Shown: positions 29,202 through 39,015, counted from the first letter of the stretch. The stretch is 64,000 nt of DNA from a virus (IMGVR_UViG_3300019378_000009:45429-109428); one strand, 5' to 3'. Notes: a model not told the origin generated them from the sequence alone. Program-made: numbers and translations.

Positions 29202-30646
29202 TAGTTTTTACCTCTATTCATATTTTTATATTTTTGAACAACTGCTGCCTCATCACACTCGTTGTAGTCACTTGGCACGTTGTCTATATTTGATATTTCA
29301 AATATCACTGAATCTGTATTGGTTTGTGTTGCCGCATACGCGTCAGCTAAACCATTGACTAATTCTTCAACTGTATATTCGCCGTTTCTAAACTTTTCTA
29401 TCGTTTCTGCATCAAGCAAATGAGAATAACAGGTAAGAATATTGTCTTTATAAATTATTTGCAATGAAGCAAATCTTTCTTGTGCTTCATTAGATGACTG
29501 AGTGAGAATTTCAATAGAAGCAGTTAATTCAGAAACTGTAGCTTCAAGACGCTCGCAATTGCTTCGTAAAGCTTGGAATTCTTCATCTTCTTCTTTTGAC
29601 TTTCCGTCGTTGTCTTCTGAGAACTTGTCATCTTTGTTTTTGTTTTTGTCTTCTGGGTCGATTGTTGTTGCATTTGTGTCTGTTCCACCATCAACAAATG
29701 CGGGGGTACTATCGCCCTCGTTTGTTTCTGTTCCAACAACTGGCTCAGTTTGTGTTTGATTACCATCTTCAAAAATCTCAGTAGTGCCTTTCTTTGCGTT
29801 CGTTAGAACTTCAATTTCTTCATCGCTTAAATAACGATTGCGAACACTGCACTCCAAAGTAAGTTGCAACGAACCATCTGTATCGCGGCTCATTTGATAG
29901 CGGTTATAAATTCCATAATCGCTGCAAACTACAACATAATTCTCTGGCTTATGCTCACAAACATAACCATAAATGCGCTGGGACTCTAAAGTTCTATAAA
30001 TTTCAGTTACAACTTCTTCAGCCGTAGGCTCTACATTGAACATAGCGCTGAATAACGCCTGATACTTACTCTTGTTTTCGTCTGTAATAAAATCAGGAAG
30101 TTCAACAGCACTAAAGAATTCAGAACCGGTAAATGCAGGAGTGTCATTGTCTCCAAGAACACTAAGTCCAATAAGTTCGCCGTCGGTAAACTCAAGGTTC
30201 TTAAAATTGCCCGCACTATCGCGATTGATTTTGTACTGAACAGAATTGGGGTCAAGCTCTAAAGAATGTTGTTTGCCAATAATCTTAGAAGCAATAACAC
30301 CAGTATCATCAGGTCTTCCTGTGTACAAGATAATGTCAGTTACAGCAAATGTAACACCCTGTGCGGCATCTTCTACATATTCTAAAGTAGCACTTTCTGG
30401 TACTAAACCATAAATATTTTGAACATTGTTGTGACCAACAAAATCTTCATCAGCTACCGAATAAAAGCCAACAACAGGAGTGTAAGCAATAGAAGAAAGC
30501 AACTTATCAGAAAATTCTTTGGTAAACAATCTCTTGTCTACTGTTTCTCCAATATAGTAAATCTTCAACTTTGCTTTTGAATATTTAGCATTTGCCGCAT
30601 CTGGAGTAAGCTCCTCAACAAAAGCCGGAATACTAAACTTATTCAT
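29201..30646 (-). CDS. Prohead protease-scaffold protein
   Basis: FVGH, HSLEL and LSVLG...PAF motifs; acidic coiled-coil C-terminus. Confidence 0.75.
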   Translation of the reverse strand: MNKFSIPAFVEELTPDAANAKYSKAKLKIYYIGETVDKRLFTKEFSDKLLSSIAYTPVVGFYSVADEDFVGHNNVQNIYGLVPESATLEYVEDAAQGVTFAVTDIILYTGRPDDTGVIASKIIGKQHSLELDPNSVQYKINRDSAGNFKNLEFTDGELIGLSVLGDNDTPAFTGSEFFSAVELPDFITDENKSKYQALFSAMFNVEPTAEEVVTEIYRTLESQRIYGYVCEHKPENYVVVCSDYGIYNRYQMSRDTDGSLQLTLECSVRNRYLSDEEIEVLTNAKKGTTEIFEDGNQTQTEPVVGTETNEGDSTPAFVDGGTDTNATTIDPEDKNKNKDDKFSEDNDGKSKEEDEEFQALRSNCERLEATVSELTASIEILTQSSNEAQERFASLQIIYKDNILTCYSHLLDAETIEKFRNGEYTVEELVNGLADAYAATQTNTDSVIFEISNIDNVPSDYNECDEAAVVQKYKNMNRGKN

Positions 30647-30666
30647 TTTGTACCTCAGTTGTGTTT

Positions 30667-32190
30667 TTATTTTTCTTCTTCTTCTTCTACGGGTACATCT
30701 TCTTTTGCGGAGTCAGGTTTGGTTTCTGTTTCAGTTTTTTCTTCTATCTTGTTAACCATTCCTGCCGCATTAGCGCCGCCAGTATAAGAAGTAGATAACG
30801 GAGTTAATTCATTCAATTTCAAGAAATCTTCAAGTTCAACCTTGCTTGGGATGTCTACTTGCTTTGTACCCAAACCAACGACATACTCTAGCTTAGAAGC
30901 ACCTAAGGTAGCGCCCTCTTTATATTGCAGAAGCATATTGCTAAAGTTATATACGGATAATGGCAACATATTAAGACTACATTGATAACCCTTGAAATTA
31001 AATTGATTGTTTATTGTTAAATTATAAAACGCAACCAAATCTTGTACATACTGCCATACAATAGATTCTTTACGGCGAAGAGAAAATTCTAACGACTCTT
31101 TTGAAGTTCCACTATATAAATTCTCATTTTCACCATCAACATTGTAAATAGCTGCATATGCATTAGAAAGCGTTTTATTTTCTTTTGTTTGATCTTCGCC
31201 AATAGACAAAACATCTAAATCACCAAAAGTAGTAAGCATACGCACATACTTATTTCTTGTAAGTGTTTTACTCATACTCTTGTGTAAAGCTGTCATTTCG
31301 GGAATTTCAACTACTAATTTATCTTCCCAAGTAGGCATCTTGTGCGCAATAATCTTAACAAGTTGCTGTTCATTGCGCTCCAATTCATTAGCTCTGTATT
31401 GGTCATATTGTATAATAGCGCCAAGAGAGCGTAAATATGAAGGAAAAGTCTTGTCATTTAAAACAAAGCCCGCAGAAAACTTAGGACTAAGTTTTTGCCA
31501 ACGAAGATTTGCGTCCTCTTTATATGCATCATACATCGCCTTCATTTCGGAGGGATACATTGGGAACAAAAGGTCTAACTGTTCTTTTGTAAAACCTTGG
31601 TCATCAAAATAACCAAAATCAAACTGGAACACATTAGTGCCAAATTGTGTTGTGCCTGTAATTCTACAGCGCTCTGGCGGTAAAACAATAGTTGAAATTG
31701 TTTTAGAACCAGTTCTTTTTACAGTAGTTACAAACAAGGCACCGTCTATAAATAATTTACCCAACAAATGCGGAAAAGTTGTTTCGATAGACAATCCATC
31801 AACAACCTCCGCCATGTTAAAATAAATTTCTTCATAATCGGCAGTCTTTTGTTTTTCTTTTACTAGGCGAGGATAAAAGGTATAACGCCAGTAAAACATA
31901 TTTTTCAAACTATCAATAAGAGTTGCATAAATTGGATAAAAAGTATATGCTTCTCTAGAATATTGTCTAACAACAGAAAGGTTATTAACATTATAATAGT
32001 TTGTATTAAAAGAATCAACAGTAAGAGAGCCTATTGATGTTGATTCATTGCGATTTTGGTTTACATTTCGACCAATACTCGCATCATCTTTATACATCTC
32101 TTCTATTGCGCTACGAGTTATTTTAAACTTCGTAGCAAGAGAAGTTGCAGTTTTTTGCAATTCTTCTGTTTGTATTGATTTTACTTTCAT
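30667..32190 (-). CDS. Portal protein
   Basis: 507 aa, directly after the large terminase; PLSTSYT near the C-terminus. Confidence 0.8.
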   Translation of the reverse strand: MKVKSIQTEELQKTATSLATKFKITRSAIEEMYKDDASIGRNVNQNRNESTSIGSLTVDSFNTNYYNVNNLSVVRQYSREAYTFYPIYATLIDSLKNMFYWRYTFYPRLVKEKQKTADYEEIYFNMAEVVDGLSIETTFPHLLGKLFIDGALFVTTVKRTGSKTISTIVLPPERCRITGTTQFGTNVFQFDFGYFDDQGFTKEQLDLLFPMYPSEMKAMYDAYKEDANLRWQKLSPKFSAGFVLNDKTFPSYLRSLGAIIQYDQYRANELERNEQQLVKIIAHKMPTWEDKLVVEIPEMTALHKSMSKTLTRNKYVRMLTTFGDLDVLSIGEDQTKENKTLSNAYAAIYNVDGENENLYSGTSKESLEFSLRRKESIVWQYVQDLVAFYNLTINNQFNFKGYQCSLNMLPLSVYNFSNMLLQYKEGATLGASKLEYVVGLGTKQVDIPSKVELEDFLKLNELTPLSTSYTGGANAAGMVNKIEEKTETETKPDSAKEDVPVEEEEEK

Positions 32191-32208
32191 TTGTTTGCCT
32201 CACCATTA

Positions 32209-34014
32209 TTAGTTTATCAAAACCGCATCTGCCCAAGAATACGACTTCTTTTGTCTCTTTTTATAATATTCTTGTTCTATTTGAGTTGATACCGCATAAA
32301 TTCCGTATTCGGCCGCAGAGAAAAAGTCTTTTTGAATTTTCTTATTGCGTCTATCAATACGAAGTGTGTTAGACACATTATCGCTAGTATCAATAATAAT
32401 GAGGTTTTTAAGTTCTTCTTCCATTAGATCCATATATCTATAGGGTTGAAGTTTTGCACGCTTTGTTGCTTCAGACGCGCGCAAGAAATTTTTGTTTTGA
32501 GAAAATCTGGTCAATGCTTCGTGCATCTTAATCAGACCTCTAACAGAACCATTACTTACACGAGAAAAGAAAATTCTGTGTATGTGTTCTCCCTCTTTAC
32601 CACCTGATTTAATTTCATAACAAAGTGTGCGATATTTAGGATATCTAATTATATCTTTTTCCGCACTCTTGGGAGGATTGATAATGCCATAACCAGGCAA
32701 TTCTAATCCAGTATCTCTATCTTTTGTGGGCTTATTTATCCAATCGCGAAGCGCTGCTCCAATACCGTTGGCGTCATAAACAAACATTCTAGCTTCATAA
32801 GTCGCTATAGTCTTTTTTAACTCATTTGCAACTACTTCATAGTCCGTACTATTTATAACAAACAGGTTGACCATTTTATAGTTAAACATATGAGGACCAG
32901 GAGATACTCTAATTACTATTACCGCAGTATCCGCACTACCATCCTTCGCCATATCAGCAGTTACAATATAAAATTCCTCTTTGTCCAATTCCATTGCATG
33001 CTCTTCGGCACGTCTAATTTGACGCATCGCCGCAATAACAGAAGGGCCAAATGCTGCTCCAGACTGCGCCCCGCTCCAACGAGATTTATATTCTCGGTCT
33101 AATGATCCTCGATCAAAACTGGGCGAAGAAATAATTTCGCGCATTGTTTGAGCTTCTAGGCGCCCGTGCATAAGAGGAATAACATAACTTCCGCCCAGTA
33201 TCATATAATGGTCTGGGTCAAGCGCGCAATAACAAAGAGTTTCTATATTTTTATCATATGCAAATGTACCTTGAAATCCTGCGGTTGTGATATAAATCTT
33301 CTGGCCATGAGGCTCATTAGGATTAACTTCGCCGCGACAGTTAGTACGCTGAGCATTCATAAGGGGTATAACTTCTTCATTAACCACTACGGGGTCTTGT
33401 TCAATAACTTCCTCGAAAATTCCATGGTGTCTACGCATACCTCTTGGGTGACCGCCAACAACGTCGAACACACTACCACTAGTAAATCTAAATTCTGCAT
33501 AGTCAGTACCCTCTGTATAGGCTGCCTTGATACCACGCTTCTGCATTTCATTTTTCAGAAGCGGAAATTTCACCCATAAGTCTTGAATAACTTTTTCTTT
33601 TGCAATTTGCGCAGCCTGACTTTTCGTACCAGCAGTAACGAAACCGTTACTACGTGGCACAATCATACTGCTTGTATATTGCTGGTAAAAAGCCAAGAAA
33701 GACTTAGAAAACGCACGAGTGTAAGTTGCAAAGGTTTGACGATGTCGTGCCATACATCTCAACACAATTCGTTGCGCGAAAAACATAGAAAATCTGCTAT
33801 TTTTTGGCGTCATTATATCTGCCAAAATATCTGGGTACACTAAAAAGGTGTTTAGTGCATTTGTATATAGTTCCAAATTGTTCTTCACTCGTTCTTTGCG
33901 CAATATTTTAACTTGCGCGCTATTAGAGGAATTCAAAAAGGAAATATAGGCATCAATTTCGGGTTCAAGATAAGTAGCCTCTTCCAGGGCAGTAGAGAAA
34001 TTGATATTTTCCAT
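32209..34014 (-). CDS. terL: Terminase large subunit
   Basis: Walker A TRAFSKS, RGMRRH plus Walker B GIFEE, YITTAG, RNase H-like ADMAKDGSAD, DANGIG, KDFFSA. Confidence 0.92.
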   Translation of the reverse strand: MENINFSTALEEATYLEPEIDAYISFLNSSNSAQVKILRKERVKNNLELYTNALNTFLVYPDILADIMTPKNSRFSMFFAQRIVLRCMARHRQTFATYTRAFSKSFLAFYQQYTSSMIVPRSNGFVTAGTKSQAAQIAKEKVIQDLWVKFPLLKNEMQKRGIKAAYTEGTDYAEFRFTSGSVFDVVGGHPRGMRRHHGIFEEVIEQDPVVVNEEVIPLMNAQRTNCRGEVNPNEPHGQKIYITTAGFQGTFAYDKNIETLCYCALDPDHYMILGGSYVIPLMHGRLEAQTMREIISSPSFDRGSLDREYKSRWSGAQSGAAFGPSVIAAMRQIRRAEEHAMELDKEEFYIVTADMAKDGSADTAVIVIRVSPGPHMFNYKMVNLFVINSTDYEVVANELKKTIATYEARMFVYDANGIGAALRDWINKPTKDRDTGLELPGYGIINPPKSAEKDIIRYPKYRTLCYEIKSGGKEGEHIHRIFFSRVSNGSVRGLIKMHEALTRFSQNKNFLRASEATKRAKLQPYRYMDLMEEELKNLIIIDTSDNVSNTLRIDRRNKKIQKDFFSAAEYGIYAVSTQIEQEYYKKRQKKSYSWADAVLIN

Positions 34015-34029
34015 AATACTTCCCCCGGA

Positions 34030-35070
34030 TTAGAAATAATCTTCTTCACTCGAACTATTGGTAGAAAAATCAGCATCTTCAAACAAATCACTCAAGTCAA
34101 CGTCCTCAGCCGCAAGCTGTGCGTCCAAGTCGCGATTCGCCGCAATAGCGTTGTCATTAATCAAATCTTCCAAAGATACTTCCGCAAACGCTTCTTCATT
34201 TGCATTTTCTTCTACCTTTTGCGCATAGGATTTAGAAATACTTTCAAGTGTCGCCGCAAGCCCAGTACAGTCTTGCACAAGCACCCTAATATATTCCTTA
34301 AAGTCCGCAATAGTTTTATCTACTACGTCTCTTTCTACGCCATCATAATACTTAAACTGTCCGCCACATTGTTCGATATAATCTCCCAAGTCGCTGACCG
34401 TCGAAATAACGTCTTTGTTGCTACTCTGAATTACGTCATCAATTTGCGCAGTTTTAGTAAATGTACTATATGCGCTCGTCAAATCTTTAATTCCTTTTGC
34501 GTCGCCCGCAAGTATAGCTTGGTCCAACTGAATGGAAATTCTAGCTGCTTTTTTAATTGCATCAATTTGAAGGGGATTGGTTATATCTCCGGCGCGCAAT
34601 GTGCTTACCAATAGACTATCCAATTGCACATATTCCTCAAAGGAATATTCTCCGCCCCATTTTATTTTCGCTCGCCGCATGAATTGCTCCTTTACTGGTT
34701 CAATTCCTGCAAGCAGCTCCGCAAACGTATTACAACGCTCCCATTCCGCATTAACTTCAGTCCACAGGTCTTTGGTACGTCCCTCTGCCCACATTACTGG
34801 GGTAGCAGGATTTTCATCAGCCCATAACTCCATGTAGGCGGCAAAAATGGTTTTGTTGCTTCCTAAACGCTCTTGTAGTTCGGTCCATTTGTCTGGCTTA
34901 AAGGGGATATTATAGGTGCGGCAAAAAAAGTTTGCCTGTTCGAGATTTTTCGGGTTAATTTGCTTTACTAAACAATCCAAGCAAGCGCTACCACTAATTG
35001 GATTATTTGTAGGCAATATTTCGGTTAGTTTGCCACAAAGGGCACATTTTCCAATCTTTAAAATACTCAT
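34030..35070 (-). CDS. Probable terminase small subunit with N-terminal Zn finger
   Basis: CALC...CLDC; DVVDKTI motif; directly upstream of terL; ATG at 35070 after AAAGGAGA. Confidence 0.6.
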   Translation of the reverse strand: MSILKIGKCALCGKLTEILPTNNPISGSACLDCLVKQINPKNLEQANFFCRTYNIPFKPDKWTELQERLGSNKTIFAAYMELWADENPATPVMWAEGRTKDLWTEVNAEWERCNTFAELLAGIEPVKEQFMRRAKIKWGGEYSFEEYVQLDSLLVSTLRAGDITNPLQIDAIKKAARISIQLDQAILAGDAKGIKDLTSAYSTFTKTAQIDDVIQSSNKDVISTVSDLGDYIEQCGGQFKYYDGVERDVVDKTIADFKEYIRVLVQDCTGLAATLESISKSYAQKVEENANEEAFAEVSLEDLINDNAIAANRDLDAQLAAEDVDLSDLFEDADFSTNSSSEEDYF

Positions 35071-35094
35071 AGTCTTTCTATCTCCTTTATATAT

Positions 35095-35123
35095 ATTATA
35101 CTCCATTTTACCCAAAAAGTCAA
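35095..35123 (-). promoter_or_regulatory. Promoter of the terminase/structural operon
   Basis: Minus strand TTGACT-17 nt-TATAAT. Confidence 0.7.
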
Positions 35124-35495
35124 TTCTGGAGAATAGGTAATTTGGAAATAGAAATGCAGAATGGATTTAAGAATGTTGGAATTGGATTTTGGTTACATGT
35201 TGAGATTGGATTTTTCGTTTCATACGATCTTTTTTCCACAACAGGCCCGGGTTGTTCATAATTTCGTAATATTTGTCTAACACTCCCCCCCCGTCGTTAT
35301 GCACAAAAAAAGAGCATACCCGGGCATACTTTTGTGCATATTGCCTAAAGTTTGTTAAAATTTTAACATTATTCATATTTGATGCTTTTGTGCATATTGT
35401 ACAAAAAATTTATTCTTTTTTCTACATAGAAAGTATTGACAAAGATAAAAATATATGGTAAAATAGGGTAGAAAATAAATCAAGGAGCTTTTCAA

Positions 35496-35900
35496 ATGGA
35501 TACATTAATACTTGCAAAAATCGACCGTTTTTATGCAAATAACGGACAAGAGGCGGAGCGAGTTTTCCGCTACACTTACACGGGCAAGCTTACAAAAGCC
35601 GATAACATTAAGCACACCGACGGCGCCGACTGCGACGACATTCAAATCAAGAGCGCGAGAGCAAGCGTCTGCAAGGGCACAGATATCAATGCATATCTCT
35701 CAAATGACAAAGCAAGCCGTTTTGCTTATGTTGTCAAGGATATGAGCATAGCCTACATAATGACAAAGGCACTATATATTGAGTTTGTAAATGCTTTCGC
35801 TACAATCACAACTGAGAGCGCAAAAAACGGTGGTGCTACAAAGTTAAGGCTTAAAAGCGAAAGCAAGGCGATGCTTCAATGGTTAGCGGAGAGGGTGTAA
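35496..35900 (+). CDS. Small PD-(D/E)xK-like nuclease-fold protein
   Basis: N.G...E, D and IQIK motif set; own promoter, RBS and terminator. Confidence 0.55.
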   Translation: MDTLILAKIDRFYANNGQEAERVFRYTYTGKLTKADNIKHTDGADCDDIQIKSARASVCKGTDINAYLSNDKASRFAYVVKDMSIAYIMTKALYIEFVNAFATITTESAKNGGATKLRLKSESKAMLQWLAERV

Positions 35901-36172
35901 ACCCTCTCCCTTTTGCATTGTTGAAATTTAACGAGCGCGTCCGGGCGCGACCCGGTAACTTGCACAAAAAGTTGGGGTGCACGCAGTATAAATTTGTGCA
36001 AAATTTTTGAGGAAGAGGATTGACTTTTTCAGTGATTTGTGGTATAATATAAGTGTCAAGGGGCGAGGGAAACCCAAGTTGCAACAGGGTAGTGAACGGA
36101 ACTTGAAAAAAATTTTTGAAAAATTTTTCAAAAACCCCTTGACAAATCCACGAAAGTGTGGTATAATATAAG

Positions 36173-36429
36173 TGTAAGAGGGAAGGACAACAAACTGTAC
36201 TTGCACCACCGTCACCAAGAGTGTGAGAGCGGAGTGCAAGAGGGGAGAAGTCACCTTGCAAGGCTTCCCTTTCACAACCGAGGTAATGAGGTCACTCTCC
36301 GCAGACTCGCAAAGCCATAAGAGGTGGGAACGCAAGTTGTTCTGTAAGACGAGCCCTCGGTATAGAAATCAGTAGACCAAAGACAACACTCAACCCTTGA
36401 AAGAGTGTGTGGACGGAGCGAGGGTATAT
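36173..36429 (+). ncRNA. Candidate structured non-coding RNA upstream of tRNA-Ser
   Basis: Strong promoter with no RBS/ORF; stems CTTGCAC/GTGCAAG, CCTTGCAAGG, ACCGAGG/CCTCGGT, GAAC-GCAA-GTT, ACACTC/GAGTGT. Confidence 0.5.
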
Positions 36430-36534
36430 GAGAGGGTAGCTCAAGGGTAGAGCGGCATCCTGCTAAGATGCGGCAGACGAGGTCAGTGCACGGACTAGTC
36501 CACTGTATGGGTTCGAATCCCATCCCTTTCACCA
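36430..36534 (+). tRNA. tRNA-Ser(GCT)-like RNA with oversized variable region
   Basis: Acceptor GAGAGGG/CCCTTTC, D arm GCTC/GAGC, anticodon arm GCATC-CTGCTAA-GATGC, T arm ATGGG-TTCGAAT-CCCAT, encoded ACCA. Confidence 0.8.
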
Positions 36535-36671
36535 TAAAGACTTGGCGCGGCCGGTGTCGCGCCGGGCCGCCCGGGCTGCCGAAAATTTTTTCAGCTTTTT
36601 CGCAAAAACACTTGACAAACAAATAGTTTTGTGGTATAATATATACAGAAATAAAGAATGAGGTGTCTATT

Positions 36672-36854
36672 ATGAAACACGTGGCTTACAATCTTGTCAC
36701 TCACGAAGTACTTTTTTCCAATCATTCCAATGCTTTAAAGCGCAGAGTTACCCAAATAGAACGTTGGAATATAGCTAATGGTTATGGCAAGGGCAAATGG
36801 ATATTCGCCCACGGCAAGCAGTGTGAATATAAAATTGCTGCCAAGCTCCACTAA
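36672..36854 (+). CDS. Hypothetical early protein
   Basis: Own promoter and GAGGTG RBS. Confidence 0.7.
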   Translation: MKHVAYNLVTHEVLFSNHSNALKRRVTQIERWNIANGYGKGKWIFAHGKQCEYKIAAKLH

Positions 36855-37004
36855 AAAGGAGCTAGCGCCCGGGCGGCCGACTGGGATTGTTAAATTTTTC
36901 ACAAACAAGCAAGTGGGAAAATTTTAAAAAATTTTTAAAAAAGAGCTTGACAAATCAAAGCTTTTGTGATATAATATACTTGTAAGAAAGAGAGGATACA
37001 ACCA

Positions 37005-37487
37005 ATGTATAGACTTGATAGAATGAGAAAACAATACGAACAATTCACTGCCGCAGAGGGTTACATCATCGGCTTCCGTGATGGCGACAAGGTGTATGCG
37101 GTAGACCTTGATAAAATACCTCGCAGATACACCAGAATACAAAAGGAAAGCAAGAGCAACGGTGGTGGCTATGGCTTGTATGTAAAAATCACCGAACCTG
37201 CTATCCTGTCCGAGCTACTGCCGAAAGCCTACTATGTATGCGAGCTTGCCGACCTCATAGACAATGACGGACACCTCAACGGCAAGGGCGAACTCAAACA
37301 CTTTAACAAAGGTGTTATGTTTGAAAAGAAAATATGGGAACTCAACGGTATGGAGTTCAGGGGCAAGGACAGTGTAAGATTTTACGAAAGTGGTGATATT
37401 ACCATTGACGGAAAAGAAATACAAATTAAGTTTGAATGGGCAAGAATTTGTTATGACCGCACACTAAAAAGACTGACCGCCAAATAA
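37005..37487 (+). CDS. PD-(D/E)xK-like nuclease-fold protein, circularly permuted relative to 35496-35900
   Basis: NKG..FE, GD and IQIK motifs in the C-terminal half; ES..NGG in the N-terminal half. Confidence 0.55.
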   Translation: MYRLDRMRKQYEQFTAAEGYIIGFRDGDKVYAVDLDKIPRRYTRIQKESKSNGGGYGLYVKITEPAILSELLPKAYYVCELADLIDNDGHLNGKGELKHFNKGVMFEKKIWELNGMEFRGKDSVRFYESGDITIDGKEIQIKFEWARICYDRTLKRLTAK

Positions 37488-37592
37488 GGCGGCCGGTCCC
37501 GGCCCGGGCGGCCGTTCATAATTTATTTACATTTGAGGGGTTGACTTTTCCCTCTCGGTGTGATATAATATATAGAAAGTGAGGACACGAAT

Positions 37593-37736
37593 ATGTTGCA
37601 AAAGAATATAGAAAAACAAGAGCGAAAAAATCGCAAAACTTGGCAGGGATATTTCACTCGCAAGACACCAACCAAGAAAGAAAAAGAAGAAAAAAATCGT
37701 AAAAAATACAAAAAAGGTATTGACAAAGACGATTGA
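37593..37736 (+). CDS. Small very basic protein (47 aa, not in ORF track)
   Basis: Promoter, GAGG RBS; MLQKNIEKQERKNRKTWQGYFTRKTPTKKEKEEKNRKKYKKGIDKDD. Confidence 0.7.
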   Translation: MLQKNIEKQERKNRKTWQGYFTRKTPTKKEKEEKNRKKYKKGIDKDD

Positions 37737-37783
37737 ATGTGTTATAATATATATGTAAGAAAAAGAAAGACGAGGTAATCAAA

Positions 37784-38038
37784 ATGGAAACCACTTACAG
37801 TGTAGAAGCAAAGTGCGATAAGACAAGCGGAATGAATGTCGAGTTCAAGGGCATTGACAATTTGGAAAGTGCGATGGCGTGTGTAACCACTCTTGAGTTG
37901 GCATTTCCAAATATCACCGTCATTTGTGAACAGACGGGCGAAATAATGTATCACCGTTTGATGTCGTTTGAGATTTTCAATCCCAGTATGGAAATGGGTA
38001 AGGCAATCTTCAAGGCAGAGTGTGATATGTACTTTTAA
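37784..38038 (+). CDS. Hypothetical early protein
   Basis: Own promoter and GAGGT RBS. Confidence 0.75.
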   Translation: METTYSVEAKCDKTSGMNVEFKGIDNLESAMACVTTLELAFPNITVICEQTGEIMYHRLMSFEIFNPSMEMGKAIFKAECDMYF

Positions 38039-38540
38039 AGGACAAGGCGCGAATCGGTAGTTATATCGGTTCGCGCCAAACACATTCTTCTCGGTTAGCA
38101 TATGCTAACTCGTGCCCGGGCGCTTTGTGCACTTTGTACATATTTGGGGCGAAAACTTTTTTATTTTTGTGTAATTTGACGATTGACTTTTCACTCATTA
38201 TATGATATAATATTAGTGTCAAGAGGGGAAGGGGTATAAACGGTCGCCACTTGCAAGCCTTCCATTGATAAAGGTGCCGAAAAATTTTTTGAAAAATTTT
38301 TCAAAAACCTCTTGACAAACCATAAGTTTTGTGGTATAATATAAATGTCAAGGGGCGGTGTTAAGCAACCGAGAAGGACACACATAAGCGCAATCGTGTT
38401 TGATGAAGTCGGGACTGCCGAAAAAATTTTTGAAAAACTTTTCAAAAACCCCTTGACAAATCACCAAAAGTGTGATATAATATAAATGTAAATAAGGAGA
38501 GCCGACACTCCATTAACAAACGGAGAAAAGGAAGAAAAAT

Positions 38541-38870
38541 ATGGCAACTATCGCATTTATCAACGAAAACGGAAATGTATCGGCAAAGGTTCGTGAGCGT
38601 CTTAAGTCGCAGACTATGACCGCTATCACAAAGGCTATGGACAAGTGCAACCTTGAAACCATAGTCAATGCAGACAAGGGCTTGTCTATCCCTCTCGGCA
38701 CTGACAAGACCAACGGTAACCCCATTTACGCACACATCTCGGTTGTGATTTCACAACACAACCCTGCGGAAAAGACCGCAAAGACCAAGACCAAGACCAA
38801 GAAAAAGGTCGCAGACGAGGTCGCTCTCCCCGACATTTTCGGGGCAGTAGACGAGGGTGAGGGAGAGTAA
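38541..38870 (+). CDS. Hypothetical early protein, family B copy 1
   Basis: Paralogue of 46726-47076 (F.NE.GNVSAK.R, VNAD.GLSI, LPDIF). Confidence 0.85.
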   Translation: MATIAFINENGNVSAKVRERLKSQTMTAITKAMDKCNLETIVNADKGLSIPLGTDKTNGNPIYAHISVVISQHNPAEKTAKTKTKTKKKVADEVALPDIFGAVDEGEGE

Positions 38871-39015
38871 TCTCCCTCTCACAAACACCTGTCCGCCATT
38901 GGCGGACGGCGCCCGGGCGGCCGGAATTGTGAACAAATTGTTAACTTTTATAAAACTATTGACAAATCAAAACAAATGCGATATAATATTAGTGTAAGAA
39001 AGAGAGGAAAACAAT

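Noticed and set aside
8933-35115. Diversity-generating retroelement, integrase or lysis cassette
   Set aside because: No reverse transcriptase, template/variable repeat pair, recombinase, holin or endolysin motifs were recognised in this window; they may lie outside it.
35167-35461. Short ORFs between terS and the first cassette
   Set aside because: No RBS, and they overlap operators and promoters; the region is better explained as regulatory or terminal sequence.
38094-38109. CIRCE (HrcA) element
   Set aside because: It shares TTAGCA/TGCTAA ends but lacks the TTAGCACTC-N9-GAGTGCTAA length and spacing.
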